Origin: Paraphysomonas bandaiensis
Lineage: Eukaryota; Protista; Chrysophyceae
NCBI GenBank assembly: GCA_965644295.1
Contig: CBFFRP010000199.1
Location: 434,001 to 498,000 of the forward strand
Length of the DNA stretch: 64,000 nucleotides
Reading direction: 5' to 3'
Shown: positions 1-10,907 of the stretch, one piece after another
How positions within the stretch are numbered: the first letter of the stretch is position 1
Layout of the letters: each line of letters opens with the position of its first letter
Position numbers and translations under genes: made by a program
Notes under the pieces: generated by a model
The model's input: only the letters and a program-made list of their open reading frames with translations
What the model was told of the DNA's origin: nothing
Database searches by the model: none

Positions 1-1645
1 CTACACACCCAGTGGCGAAGTGTTGCCGCGAACACTGACGTTTGAATGTGATGATGAATCGGTTGGTGGTGGAAAAAGAGGGGATGGTAGCAAGTGGCAT
101 AGACTGATTAAGCACAGAGACATATCTAATTTAAGCAAATATGTTATGGGATTAGAGACTTATCGGAACTACTACTTTCGATGCAGTTGTAGAAACGAAT
201 TCGGATGGAGCCCGTGGGGTGAATGGATTGGCCCTTTCACTCCGCAAGAGGGTGTGAGAGTAAGGCAGTTTGGTGATACATGGATTCGCCTAGGATGGGT
301 GGAACCTCGTCTCGGGCAGCACCGATCTGTAGACCAGTATGAAGTGCAGATGGCAATGCCTTCTGGTCCCATGACTTCTTCAGTTAGTGTGTACGAATCT
401 AAAGCCACTCGAAAAAATACGAAAGCTGCAAAGTTTGAATTCACAACTATAGAGACAGAGTGCCCCGAGTCTGAAATGGTAGTTCGAGACCTTAAACCTG
501 GAAAGAAGTATCAGTTCAGAGTTCGTCCAATGATTAGCGGGGAGTGGGTAGATTGGGATCTGTGTGTCGTCTCAGATGTAATCACAATGCCTTCAACAGC
601 GCCTGATGTACCCCGCAATTGCCGAATAATGAGGCGTATTGTGGATGCGGACGAAGAAAGTAAGCCTGCCTTTACTAAAGATGTTATCGCAGAAGATACA
701 CAGAGTAGCATGTCTGTACGTGAGGAGTCTGATACTAAAACTGAGGACGAAGATGATAGTGCCAGTGATGCATCGGGTCCTGCTTCTTCTGGGACTTGTA
801 ATGGTCAACAGGAAGGAAAATCTGACCAAGCATCCGCAGTATCGATGGAATCTGAGATTGAGGATATTCATGCATATTTGGCTGATCAAAATACGGAGCT
901 CGCTGTTACACATAACAGCATCGATATTGAATGGGTTAACGGAGTTCCGAATGGCTCTGCAATACAAGAGTGCGAAGTACAGTGTTGCAAAGTAAGAGAG
1001 TACATGGTGGATGACCTAGACAAGGCAAAGTTTGCAGCTGGCCGTGAGGAATCATTCGATGAAATCGTGTATGGTACCCATCAAGACAGAGCTCTGAATT
1101 GGGAGAACATTACTAAAAAGGGTATATTTTTGAGTGCGCAATCTTTCCGTGCGATGGGGTTAATATCTGGTGCCTCATATACCTTCCGCGTTCGACAGAG
1201 GAATGACGTTCATTGGTCATCCTATAGTAGAGCCACAAACCTAGTGACGACTCTAATCGCTTCTCCACCACTTGCTCCTGAAATTATAATGATTAGCTCT
1301 TCCCATGTGGTAGCACAATGGCGAACTCACCCAGATGCAACATTTGCGTTCAGTGCATTGCAATATGATGTCCGAATTGCCCGTTGGGAGTCCGAGGGAT
1401 CTTCCGCTGAAACAGTAGCACGGAATCCGCTGAAGGATGATAATGACTTAGCATGGAAAAAAGCCGACGTCCGGCAGTGCAAACATGAAAATAAAGGTTT
1501 AGATTTACATCATACCGACAGAGTAATAGTAGATGAACTTACTCCTATGACGTCATATGTCCTTAAAGTCAGGATTCTGACTGTTGCGGGGTGGACTACA
1601 TGGAGCGGGACCAGTATCCCGTTCCGGACTCTCAGTTTACCATAA
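1..1645 (+). CDS. C-terminal part of a multi-fibronectin type III (FN3) domain protein, 5'-truncated by the window
   Basis: Four FN3-type signatures: GLETYRNYYFRCSCRNEFGWSPWG, DLKPGKKYQFRVRP, GLISGASYTFRVRQRNDVHWSSYS, ELTPMTSYVLKVRILTVAGWTTWS. Stop at 1643-1645. Confidence 0.85.
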   Translation, partial: YTPSGEVLPRTLTFECDDESVGGGKRGDGSKWHRLIKHRDISNLSKYVMGLETYRNYYFRCSCRNEFGWSPWGEWIGPFTPQEGVRVRQFGDTWIRLGWVEPRLGQHRSVDQYEVQMAMPSGPMTSSVSVYESKATRKNTKAAKFEFTTIETECPESEMVVRDLKPGKKYQFRVRPMISGEWVDWDLCVVSDVITMPSTAPDVPRNCRIMRRIVDADEESKPAFTKDVIAEDTQSSMSVREESDTKTEDEDDSASDASGPASSGTCNGQQEGKSDQASAVSMESEIEDIHAYLADQNTELAVTHNSIDIEWVNGVPNGSAIQECEVQCCKVREYMVDDLDKAKFAAGREESFDEIVYGTHQDRALNWENITKKGIFLSAQSFRAMGLISGASYTFRVRQRNDVHWSSYSRATNLVTTLIASPPLAPEIIMISSSHVVAQWRTHPDATFAFSALQYDVRIARWESEGSSAETVARNPLKDDNDLAWKKADVRQCKHENKGLDLHHTDRVIVDELTPMTSYVLKVRILTVAGWTTWSGTSIPFRTLSLP

Positions 1646-1851
1646 GTTGTGTTGATACTATAATATTTATATTATAATCGCATTCCGATACGTGCTCGTT
1701 GATTGGACAGCAATATTTTTTTGGTACCTGGTAAAAATATGTTCAATTCATATGTTGACTTCTTTTACATATCCTAGTCGAGGCAGTTTTGCTTTACTAT
1801 TTTACCTAGTATGGACGTAGCTTGTGCAATACACAAGGTGTTATTATTCGT

Positions 1852-1960
1852 CAGGGCTGCGTATCAAGTAATTAATTCCAATTAATAGCAATAATTGAAA
1901 TTGGGACAGCAAATCATAATTGCAATTATAATTGACAACAGTTTGATTCAATTAATTTAT
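1852..1960 (+). mobile_element. Degenerate end of the AATTAATT-rich hAT-like element family (see 51729-52683)
   Basis: Starts CAGGGCTGCGTATCAAGTAATTAATT, similar to the TIR CAGGCTTGCGTAACAATTAATT, and continues with the same caattaatt/aattgcaatt subterminal repeats. Confidence 0.5.
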
Positions 1961-1964
1961 AGTA

Positions 1965-2095
1965 GTATATGTCTGTTTATTTATCAATAGGCGTTTAATA
2001 GTCAGAACCAGATTAGTAGCTAGATATTTACCATTATTTACTATCTAGTGCTAACTTTGATAACCTACTATTTAGCGCTACGAGAACTGCTTGTG
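1965..2095 (-). repeat. 3'-end fragment of dispersed repeat A
   Basis: ttatcaataggcgtttaatagtcagaac...ctactatttagcgctacga matches the reverse complement of the ends of the copies at 17758-18223 and 53533-54040. Confidence 0.65.
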
Positions 2096-3373
2096 CGACC
2101 ATTCTCGCTCTATTCATAGATGTGTATGTAGGGGACATTGTACAATGTACAATAATGTACAGCATGACAAGAGAAAGCAGTGATGTAAGATGTAAGTCTA
2201 CTACTACCACACTGGAACGCTTAAGTCTACACATACATTTGGAGCAATTTGCATCGGGGACTGCATTTTATGTGCCTCACTCACGGCAGGCACCAGAGGA
2301 AGCAGCAATATACCCTTTTGAGTTTGGCAATCTAGTGGCCTTCCCTTAGGCGTTGTGCCAATTGGCTCGGAGGTATGTGGATGAAGGGAATGCAAGAGGT
2401 TTAGATCTACTGCCTTTTAGCCAGTAGAATAGAACGCATACATGGAAGAAAAGGGATAGTTGGACACCAGTGGGATATACGAGGGTTCTCCGGTATGTTC
2501 TGCAACATGGAGTCGAGAGAAAGTGTGATGGTACAAGAGAGGCAATATTTGATGGAGGAGTGTGGGACTGCGCAACAGAACAAGGGTCGCCAAGGTCGAG
2601 TATTCTGATAGATCTATGCACGAGAGATGAGCTTGATTGTGAGGAGAGACTTGGACGTGCTCTTGGTGACTGAGAGTGCAAGGGGGTGCAGGCTGGGGCA
2701 TAGGATGTGTGTGGAATAAAGGTGATGGCAAGAATTGATTGATAAGAAAAACGTTAGTTTGGCAAGATATAATTGGAGTGCGTATATTAGTTTGGCAAGA
2801 AGGTACACACTATATGTATCTCCAAAGTCGAAATAGTACCTGGTAAAGTGAGTAAATATAAATTCACCAGGTTTCATATCTAAGTATTGAGTTATTATTA
2901 TTTTACTGTAATTTGTATCTGAGAGGTTAAAGATAAAGAAAAAGTCGCAATTATAGTTATTAGCAGTATTTATTGCGTTACAAGTTGTGTTTTGTAATAA
3001 TATCATATTCGTATAGCTGCATTTGCCTCTCTTGAGATTGCAAACGCTCCACAACCGAATTTTGGATACATTGCATATACAAGCATATATATAGCTAACT
3101 TCACCACTACGACTTACAGTAGTATTAGTACCTATATGCTCGGAAATGACGCGGCAACAGCCACTGGGGGCACATTCCGATATCTTCATATAGTAGTTAG
3201 TTATTATTGTGCATATTATATTTAAGCCCTTTTTCCGACAATCATCAAATATTTCACCAGGTTTTGGTATTACCTCGACTTCTAGTTAAAGGTTTCAGTT
3301 ACTACATGATCATTAACAGATTGTGTTCAAATGTTTCAATTATGAAACTGAGAGACGGATTACACAATTTTTC

Positions 3374-3755
3374 TCCTCAACAAACTTGGACTCGCACCTT
3401 TTCGTGGTATTCTGGGGGATAAGTACTGGAGATATATTTCTCCGGGAAACTAACGTGAGCCGCATAAATAGTCAGCAGATAATTTTCTGTCCACTTATAG
3501 ACAAACGCTTGTGCGGTACAAGGAACACTTATATAAGTGTCACGTGTGTAGACGTCCTCGGGTCTTGACGAATAAATAGCTCTCACACTTTTACTTAAAA
3601 CTCAAAAATCCTGAAGTCAGTAGATGTCAGCTATATCAACATTTCTGTGATTGCTCACTGCGTTTGGTTTGAGAGATAGAGCAAGCAGAAGTGGTGGCTG
3701 CACCTTGGTGCTTGCGGTAACGCACAAGCAGCAATCGTAGCGTTAAATAGTAGGT
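3374..3755 (+). repeat. Dispersed repeat A, copy 1 (hairpin-rich, non-coding, unclassified non-autonomous element)
   Basis: Shares blocks ggactcgcaccttttcgtggt, gaaactaacgtgagccgca, gtcagcagata, gtagacgtc and gcaccttggtgcttg..cgcacaagcagc with the copies at 17758, 52684 (-) and 53533. Confidence 0.85.
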
Positions 3756-4089
3756 CCATACTACTATTTCCTTTGTAACTACACTCACCTGTTATACATA
3801 CGAGTTGATTTCACATTTCAATGCACACTATTAACTCACTTCAATTGCAAAATATATATCATATATCGTATCATACAACAGAACTCGACAAAGGAAACAG
3901 TTGCTTTCTAGTCGAAAATATGGTCCCTGTTAATTGAATTGTTTACTATACTCGGACAAATAAAATTGTGGTACACACACAATGATACACTACCCAAAAT
4001 ATCACCTCGTTCAATCCTTTGAAACCGCTATTATATGTACAATCACCACTACTTCCAATATCAATACTTCAGTAAAATCAAATGCGTAC

Positions 4090-6342
4090 TCATTCAGATT
4101 TCAAAATATACCATCCCGGGAGACTAGTATACGCAGAAGTGTTGTGTATAGAAATATCTACATATTCAAAGTACGTCGCGAAAACAGCACTATCAATCTC
4201 ATATGCAGATGTTTCTACTGCTGTGGCTATTTCAGTAAGTATCATCGCTTCGGCAAGAGCAATGCTATTGCTATTATCTCTATTTCTAATCATGTCGGGT
4301 AGATATCGGGAGCCCATGATCAATCCACCGTACCGAACCGCTTGAATCCAGAGACGAATTTCCGACATGTATTCATCGGCAACAGAAAAAAAATCGACGT
4401 AGACAAAGCTCAGAAAGTTGCGTCGATAGAACTCTTCGCCCTTTGCAAACGAGAAGACCGATGTCATACTGGTGAGTGTTACAACACATCCTGCTAGACC
4501 CGGGCCTCGGGACAATCTACTGGTCCTATTACATATACTAGAAAAGTGTTGCACTAAGTCATTTCGAGCTAAAAGTTGTGTTGACTCGGAAGCAGATCTC
4601 AACCCGGGGGCGCTTTTGACTACTATTACTAAGATCGCACCGCCAAACATTTCTCCTTCGCTAACTGGCACACCCCACGAGGAAATCAACCTCTCCACAG
4701 TTCGTACACCCTGGCTGGTGTCACAGCAGAGAGCTACTCCGAAGTCTCTCTGTCGCCGGGTATTCAGATAATCTGCTAAATAAGCCTGTGCTGGAAGAGA
4801 AAGCGGTGCCCCTCCAGACATCAAGCTCACACCAAAACGCTTTCGTCCAATAAGGAAGGATTGCGATAATAGAAGTAGTTCTATAGTATGAACTCTGTCA
4901 TAGGCAGTAGACACCTGACCTGTTTCGTCCAGAAATTCCTCGTCTGTCTTAACATAAACCTCTAACAATACAGAAATAGAGGCTGTTTCTCCGGGGGCAT
5001 CGAATATCACTTTCTCCTGTCGAAAACAATGCCCATCATCACTTATGGTGTTACTGGTCGTAGAGTTTATCTGTGACAGAGCGCGCTGCCAGAGAACATC
5101 TCCTGAATGTTTCAAACGCACGCGCAGAGCCGCTTTATCACAAGAGCATTCATCTAATCCCATCTCTGTTTTCGGGCAACATGAGAGGTGTACAGGAAAA
5201 GAGATCTGGTTTAAAGAATAAAACAAACGAATACCATTGGTCGGCCACCGGATCTTCACTGGGTCGTCACACATACTGGGGTATATCTTAGTATCGATAG
5301 TTGGTGGTGTGAAGTAGGGTGATACTGCTGCCTGCTTTCCTGCTAGAACAAAGCATGGATACACCGGGAGCAGCTGCTCTACTACATGGGATACTATGCG
5401 TGAATCAGAGGGAATGACGTCGTCATTAGCATACATGCACGTACATCCCGTAGGGGACACGGAGATGGGAACAGTGTAACAGTTAAGAGATGTGTTTGCA
5501 ATGAAATGAGCAATAACCGGATCAGCCGCTAGTGATAGATGTATGATATCAGTCTCTAAGAAAGCCATATAATTCAAGGAGTTATTTACAGGCGTCACTT
5601 CCAGACCGGCCTTGTTAACAGTGGCAACAAAATATAGCGAATCCAAAAATCTATCCCAATTGTACCAGCTGAGTTGCTTCACAGTGTCTGGGAGATATAG
5701 ATGGTCTAAAAAAGATCGCAGAGCTAACTTTCCAAATAAAAGCATTCCTGTATTGCACACACCATGAGGGGCAATCGAATGGTCACCAGCAAGTTGGAAT
5801 GGAAATAGTTCTGGGTTCCAAAACAAACTGCTGCCATTTAATCTCGGATAACGAATCATATAATTATAGAGCTCTGGAACACAATACACACCACTCAGTG
5901 ATATTGAGGGCAGAGCCACTAAAGGATTAGAAAATATAACAGTGTCTGCATCGAGCCACAAAAAGTAATCATAGTTGGTAGCATCAAACTTAAAGAAAGC
6001 CGAAAACTTATTCATTGTTCTCGGGAAGGGGGGATTGACTTGACGAATAAAGTCCACAATGACACCCAGTGCATAATAGTCTTCTAGTAAGTTGTCGTCT
6101 GCGAAGGCAGTGTTTGGATCAGTTACGATACATGCGAGCAGAGTGGCTTCATTGAGATCCTCTCCAAACAATCGAATGGAACGAAAGAGAGTCTTTGAGT
6201 CTGCTACTATTCTCCCGTTAGAAGTATCGACAACAGTGGCTATGATTATCTTGGAGGGGTCGATGTCTGCAGGCTCCCCTGTACATAAGAGACTGTAGAG
6301 GACAACAACTAACAACAATGAGACTGATGCTGATACACACAT
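4090..6342 (-). CDS. Secretory GT-A (GT8-like) glycosyltransferase fused to a C-terminal degenerate class I methyltransferase-like domain; single exon
   Basis: Signal/anchor MCVSASVSLLLVVVLYSLLCTG from ATG 6342; YPRTMNKF-like segment (FPRTMNKF), YFLWLDADT (DxD), CNTGMLLF and IAHF. C-terminal FLSFVYVD...IRLWIQAVRYGGLIMGSRY resembles Methyltransf_24. Confidence 0.65.
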   Translation of the reverse strand: MCVSASVSLLLVVVLYSLLCTGEPADIDPSKIIIATVVDTSNGRIVADSKTLFRSIRLFGEDLNEATLLACIVTDPNTAFADDNLLEDYYALGVIVDFIRQVNPPFPRTMNKFSAFFKFDATNYDYFLWLDADTVIFSNPLVALPSISLSGVYCVPELYNYMIRYPRLNGSSLFWNPELFPFQLAGDHSIAPHGVCNTGMLLFGKLALRSFLDHLYLPDTVKQLSWYNWDRFLDSLYFVATVNKAGLEVTPVNNSLNYMAFLETDIIHLSLAADPVIAHFIANTSLNCYTVPISVSPTGCTCMYANDDVIPSDSRIVSHVVEQLLPVYPCFVLAGKQAAVSPYFTPPTIDTKIYPSMCDDPVKIRWPTNGIRLFYSLNQISFPVHLSCCPKTEMGLDECSCDKAALRVRLKHSGDVLWQRALSQINSTTSNTISDDGHCFRQEKVIFDAPGETASISVLLEVYVKTDEEFLDETGQVSTAYDRVHTIELLLLSQSFLIGRKRFGVSLMSGGAPLSLPAQAYLADYLNTRRQRDFGVALCCDTSQGVRTVERLISSWGVPVSEGEMFGGAILVIVVKSAPGLRSASESTQLLARNDLVQHFSSICNRTSRLSRGPGLAGCVVTLTSMTSVFSFAKGEEFYRRNFLSFVYVDFFSVADEYMSEIRLWIQAVRYGGLIMGSRYLPDMIRNRDNSNSIALAEAMILTEIATAVETSAYEIDSAVFATYFEYVDISIHNTSAYTSLPGWYILKSE

Positions 6343-6794
6343 CACTAGAGACTCATATCTGATGGAGGGACAGGGACACGGGCAAGGGTAGGGGCTGCGA
6401 GGAGTCAACAGATGATGCTGACAGAAAGATCACACACTCATGTCCATCATCGTGTATACCGTGAGGGCGTATAGGCGTTTAGGCGTATGCCGCTCTGTGG
6501 ATGTGTGGATGTAGGTACAGCACCAGCAGCAGTATACCACAGCTATACACAGCAGCTCTCAATACACAGTATGTAGAACAGAGCCTATACCTGTATACCT
6601 TTAGTAATACGCTTTTATATAGCCACGGTATTAACCAGTAAGACGATTTGGATAGGGCAGGAAGGTATATTATTGGCTAATTCTCGCTAGGCAATATGTA
6701 TAGGCAGTAGTGTATTGTTACTCACACATCAACTCCTTTGAAGGGGGTAACAGTTGAAAGTCTATTAATCAAACTGATAATCAAAACATCTGGT

Positions 6795-7436
6795 ATGACA
6801 AAGCGACTAAATGTTCCTTTTTTCTTTGATTTCAAGAGCCCCTTCTCTTACCTCGCTAAAGACAGCGTCTACAGACTACAGCGCCAGTATAATATCAGTG
6901 TCGAGTTTCTACCATATGATTTTAGTCGTCGCCAGCCAGAAATATTTCAACCAAGTATGAGGAATGATGTTGCATGGGCAAAAATACGTTACTTTTACAA
7001 GGATGTTCGAAGGTTTGCGAACGAAAGATCGCCGCCCGTTATAATTAAAGGGCCCCTCAAACTGTTTGATTCCACGTGCGCCAATGTTGGTGGATTATAC
7101 TGCAGAGATAGGTCACAAGATATGTTCAAAGCATATGTAGACTATGTTTTCGAAAAGTTTTTTTTGCGTGAACTAGATATTGAAGATGAGAATGTCATGT
7201 GTAACGTTATAGATACAGTTGCGGATCATTGCAACGTTTCGAATGCTGGCAGACAAAGTTTTTTGGAATATTTACACGGCCAGGGTCCGCAAGATATTCT
7301 GGAAATTGAAAAAAGAGCGGATAGCATGGATGTTTTTGGTGTTCCTACTATTTTCGTTGAACAAGAGATGTACTTTGGTAATGATCGTATGCACTTTGTG
7401 GAAAAACATTTGAAAGAACTGGGCCTTCAGAAGTAA
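6795..7436 (+). CDS. DsbA-like thioredoxin-fold protein of the HCCA isomerase / GST-kappa family; intronless
   Basis: FFFDFKSPFSYLA (D-x-x-S-P catalytic Ser motif) and VFGVPTIFV..YFGNDRM. First ATG at 6795. Confidence 0.85.
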   Translation: MTKRLNVPFFFDFKSPFSYLAKDSVYRLQRQYNISVEFLPYDFSRRQPEIFQPSMRNDVAWAKIRYFYKDVRRFANERSPPVIIKGPLKLFDSTCANVGGLYCRDRSQDMFKAYVDYVFEKFFLRELDIEDENVMCNVIDTVADHCNVSNAGRQSFLEYLHGQGPQDILEIEKRADSMDVFGVPTIFVEQEMYFGNDRMHFVEKHLKELGLQK

Positions 7437-7787
7437 AATACGGACATTTATGAAATTTCTTGAAGAGTAAATCCTTTTATTCATAATTATGCGTTGTATG
7501 TATCTTATTTTGCAGTTTTTTTACCTTTTGAATACTGTCAATTGCAAAACAGGCAGACGGAAGGCACATTCTATTTATGTAAACACACTAAATATCGCTG
7601 TTAGGACATAAAAAATATTTTATTGTGCAAGCTAATAGAAGATATTATGACACATATTATGCGCTAATACTGAGTGATATATTGCAAAATATGCCGTACT
7701 AATCACCAGATATCTAAATAATTTTAATATCATCAATAACACAATTCGTAGTATTCATGGATGCTGTACTAAGCAACAATGTTCATT

Positions 7788-8061
7788 AGCCAATTTTTAG
7801 AATTTAATTGACAGACTGCCTCAGTAGACATAAAAAAGATCTGCATATTATGACATTGTAATGAATGTCTTATTATTAGCAATAGGTTAGTAAGTGTCAG
7901 AACTAGTGTTACAAAACAGTTTTGCTTAACTCTGATATCCTACTATTTTGCGCTTCTGTGCTTTCAGCCACTTTTGCACTGCTTAACTCTAACAAATGCA
8001 GATTTAAGCCAATTTTTAGAATTTAATTGAAAGATTGGTTCAGTAGTCATAAAAAAGATCT
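7788..8061. repeat. 55-bp direct duplication (7788-7842 / 8007-8061, 50/55 identical) flanking a truncated minus-strand piece of repeat A
   Basis: agccaatttttagaatttaattga...cagtag.cataaaaaagatct occurs twice. Between the copies lies gaatgtcttattattagcaatagg..gtcagaactagt..ttaactctgatatcctactattt. Confidence 0.8.
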
Positions 8062-8611
8062 TGATGTAAATGTAATTATGTATCATCTCAGTTCTCAGCT
8101 ATTAGAATTGTGGCCGCACATCATTGATCATAAATAATAGATAGTAGATCTATGATGGATATAACCAGAGTCAATACGTCAATACACTGCCATAACACGC
8201 ATTTATGATTGCTTGGCGACTATTGCTCTATACGTTGCTCGCACTGTCAGAACAAGCTGAATATTTCTAGAATCACGTAATACAAATATATATTTAGATA
8301 TTTAGTGGTGGTAGTAAACAGACCGCTATTATATGTAATATGTGAACAAACGATACGCGCAAGTGGTAGCATTTGGAAAACTTTATATTGATGTCCTCCT
8401 ACTTAGTACTGCTACTACGTTGTACATATAATGTATAAAATACCTCTTTATTTCTACTTTTGGAGAGCATATGCCCAACATAATGCCGCTAAAAAATAAT
8501 GTGCACCCAGGCGACAGCAATAAATCTCGACAGAGCATATATGATACCATAGAATATTAATGAAAACAGTGGCTGAATTAATTATAGGAGAGCGTCACAT
8601 CTAAAAACAAG

Positions 8612-9171
8612 TTATGCCTCTCCGAGGGCAACCTGACGAGCGACCTGGTCAAGAGCTCTCTGTCCGACTGAAGTAATCTTACGTCCACCCTTTCCGCACT
8701 TCTCGGTAATCTTAAGTTCGTCGAGCATAAGAATAGCGTTTCTGATAACTGCGCCAGAGGCATCCTGGTGGATCTTAGGAAGAGTTCCTCTCCTACAAAA
8801 CATATGACTAATTATATCGAGTCCAACCAAACAAGCGAATTCACGAACCTGTAAGCACCACCAAATCTCTTTTTAAGAGCTCCAACTCCAGTACCCTGTC
8901 TCAAGTAGATCTTGCGGGCAACAGCAGCTGATACAGGGAGTCCATAATTAGATGATATTTATGGCGATGTAGTTTAAATCATACCGGTTCTGATAAAGTA
9001 CCAATCGGGGTCATAAGGAGCAAGCTCCTTATGAACACCAGTCTTGACGGTATCAGCCCACTTGGGAACAAGGAACTTATCGTTATTCTTCAAGACCTGC
9101 GCGTATGCAGCAATGAAGGCTGCGGCAGGCACATCTCTCACAGTGACGGTTCCAACAACTGTTTCAGCCAT
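8612..9171 (-). CDS. RPS19: 40S ribosomal protein S19 (eS19); exons 9171-8985, 8927-8849, 8792-8612 (148 aa), plus a 5'-UTR intron
   Basis: TVRDVPAAAFIAAYA..LK, VKTGVHKELAPYDPDWYFIR, ARKIYLRQGTGVGAL, GGRKITSVGQRALDQVA. GT-AG introns restore the frame. Confidence 0.97.
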
Positions 9172-10907
9172 CTACACAATTTAAAAAATGAATCGAATGG
9201 AGAGATGATAATTCTCTTTTCAGGTAGCCTTACCTTTACACTAATTGTAATTAATTAATTGCCACAGTACTATTAATCCAGGGGGGTCCATATATACTCC
9301 TTCACAACACTCCCACTCCTCTCACATCAATTCCACACACCTTTGGTTTAAACTAAATCTTGAACAGTTTTCAGTTTTGTTGATTTCGAATAACCACAAC
9401 AATCAATACAGTAGGGTAAAAGATTGTATACGCCTGTATACCGTTGTATAACTTTCTTGTCTACGTCAGGCAGTATCTTCACCACTTGGGTGTGAAGTAT
9501 CTATCACGTTATGGTGTTGCTGGTCAGGTGTATCATTGCTGCAGGAGATGGCTATGGGCGGGTTACACTTATAGGTCGTTTAAACAATCACTGAATTAGA
9601 GTTTGGTAAATAAGAAAATTATCCTAGCTCTACGTATTAATAGTCTTAGTAATGTAATAGTCATGGAATACAGCGATACCCTAGAATCGTGTAAACTTGT
9701 TTGTTATTGATTGTATCAATAATATGATCTTGTGAAGCTACACAGGATTAGGGGGGTACTTGAATTCTACGAACCTTGATCCTCAATGCCATGGTTACTT
9801 GTACGCTCTGTAGCACGTTCAGCATTTATCAAATCTAGTACCCATTAGCACGATTCATGGCTTGTACTGCATTACTTTTACTTTGCAAAAGTTTTAACCA
9901 TACAATGGCAGTATTATGTTTACATGCTGACTCTAAAGCAACGTCACGCCTTAACGCTGCTTAGCTATTGATAGCTAACACTCTAATAGCTATTGATCTA
10001 TTATCTAAAACTACCCTACTCATATCCCCTTTCTAAATCATTCAAGTCCCACTAGTCTCCATTAAGTTAGTGCATCCCAAAATCGTCACATACGTTCTGC
10101 TTTCCTGAAGCCTAAACAGTGTGGTGAATATATTCATCATGATGCCAGTAGCTCCTTACATATTAGAATATGGATCTTATTCTAGTATATTCAGTATGTC
10201 ACTTCAAGACAATGTACGAGAATACAGTGAAATATAGTGATGTACAAATGCTGTGATGATATTGAGAAACTGAAATAGTTTCTTTCAAGATATGTTCAGT
10301 AACGAGAGGTTCGCATATGTAGGATATTATGCAGGGATTATAATGAGTTAGTGTTGGTTATCACAACTTCGTGTAAACGATAATAATAAATCTATCTAGT
10401 CTTACGACAAATTCTTTCTGTGATCTAGCTTAAAATGAGCGATTCTCAATATGGCAGCGAGTGATATTACAGGTACCATCAAATAACGACGCTGCCAAAT
10501 TTCAAAAAGTACAAACAAAATTGCATGTGGGTAAATGCCTTATTGCATCTACTGGGTATATCAAAATACTTGGTTATTATATGGAAGATAGTACTTGATT
10601 GTATATGGTATCATTTTGCTTATCATTAGTTCTGTGTTCTTGTAAAGTGATATTATTTTTATTTTTATTGTAGAAACGATTTACAACTCACAATCTAATA
10701 TACCCTGAAATAAAATGATATATTTATATGTTCATAACCTAAACCACTTCTTCAATATTACTTTGTGCTATATTTCTACGCCAAAGTCATAATAAAACCA
10801 TGTCTAGTATACCTGAAGAGTGAAAAATAAGAAAACGATAATAGAAGTTACAATGAGAGAACATACATGACGAGAACATCATCGTGAAAATCATAAACAA
10901 AATCTAG

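Noticed and set aside
2100-3200. Overlapping 60-190 aa ORFs
   Set aside because: No recognisable motif or splice pattern; possibly decayed mobile DNA but unassignable.
3420-3590. Hammerhead ribozyme in repeat A (hairpin-GAAAC...GTC; CTGACGA in copy 4)
   Set aside because: No CUGANGA precedes the hairpin-GAAA, and CTGACGA is TTGACGA in copies 1 and 3, so no canonical core can be assembled.
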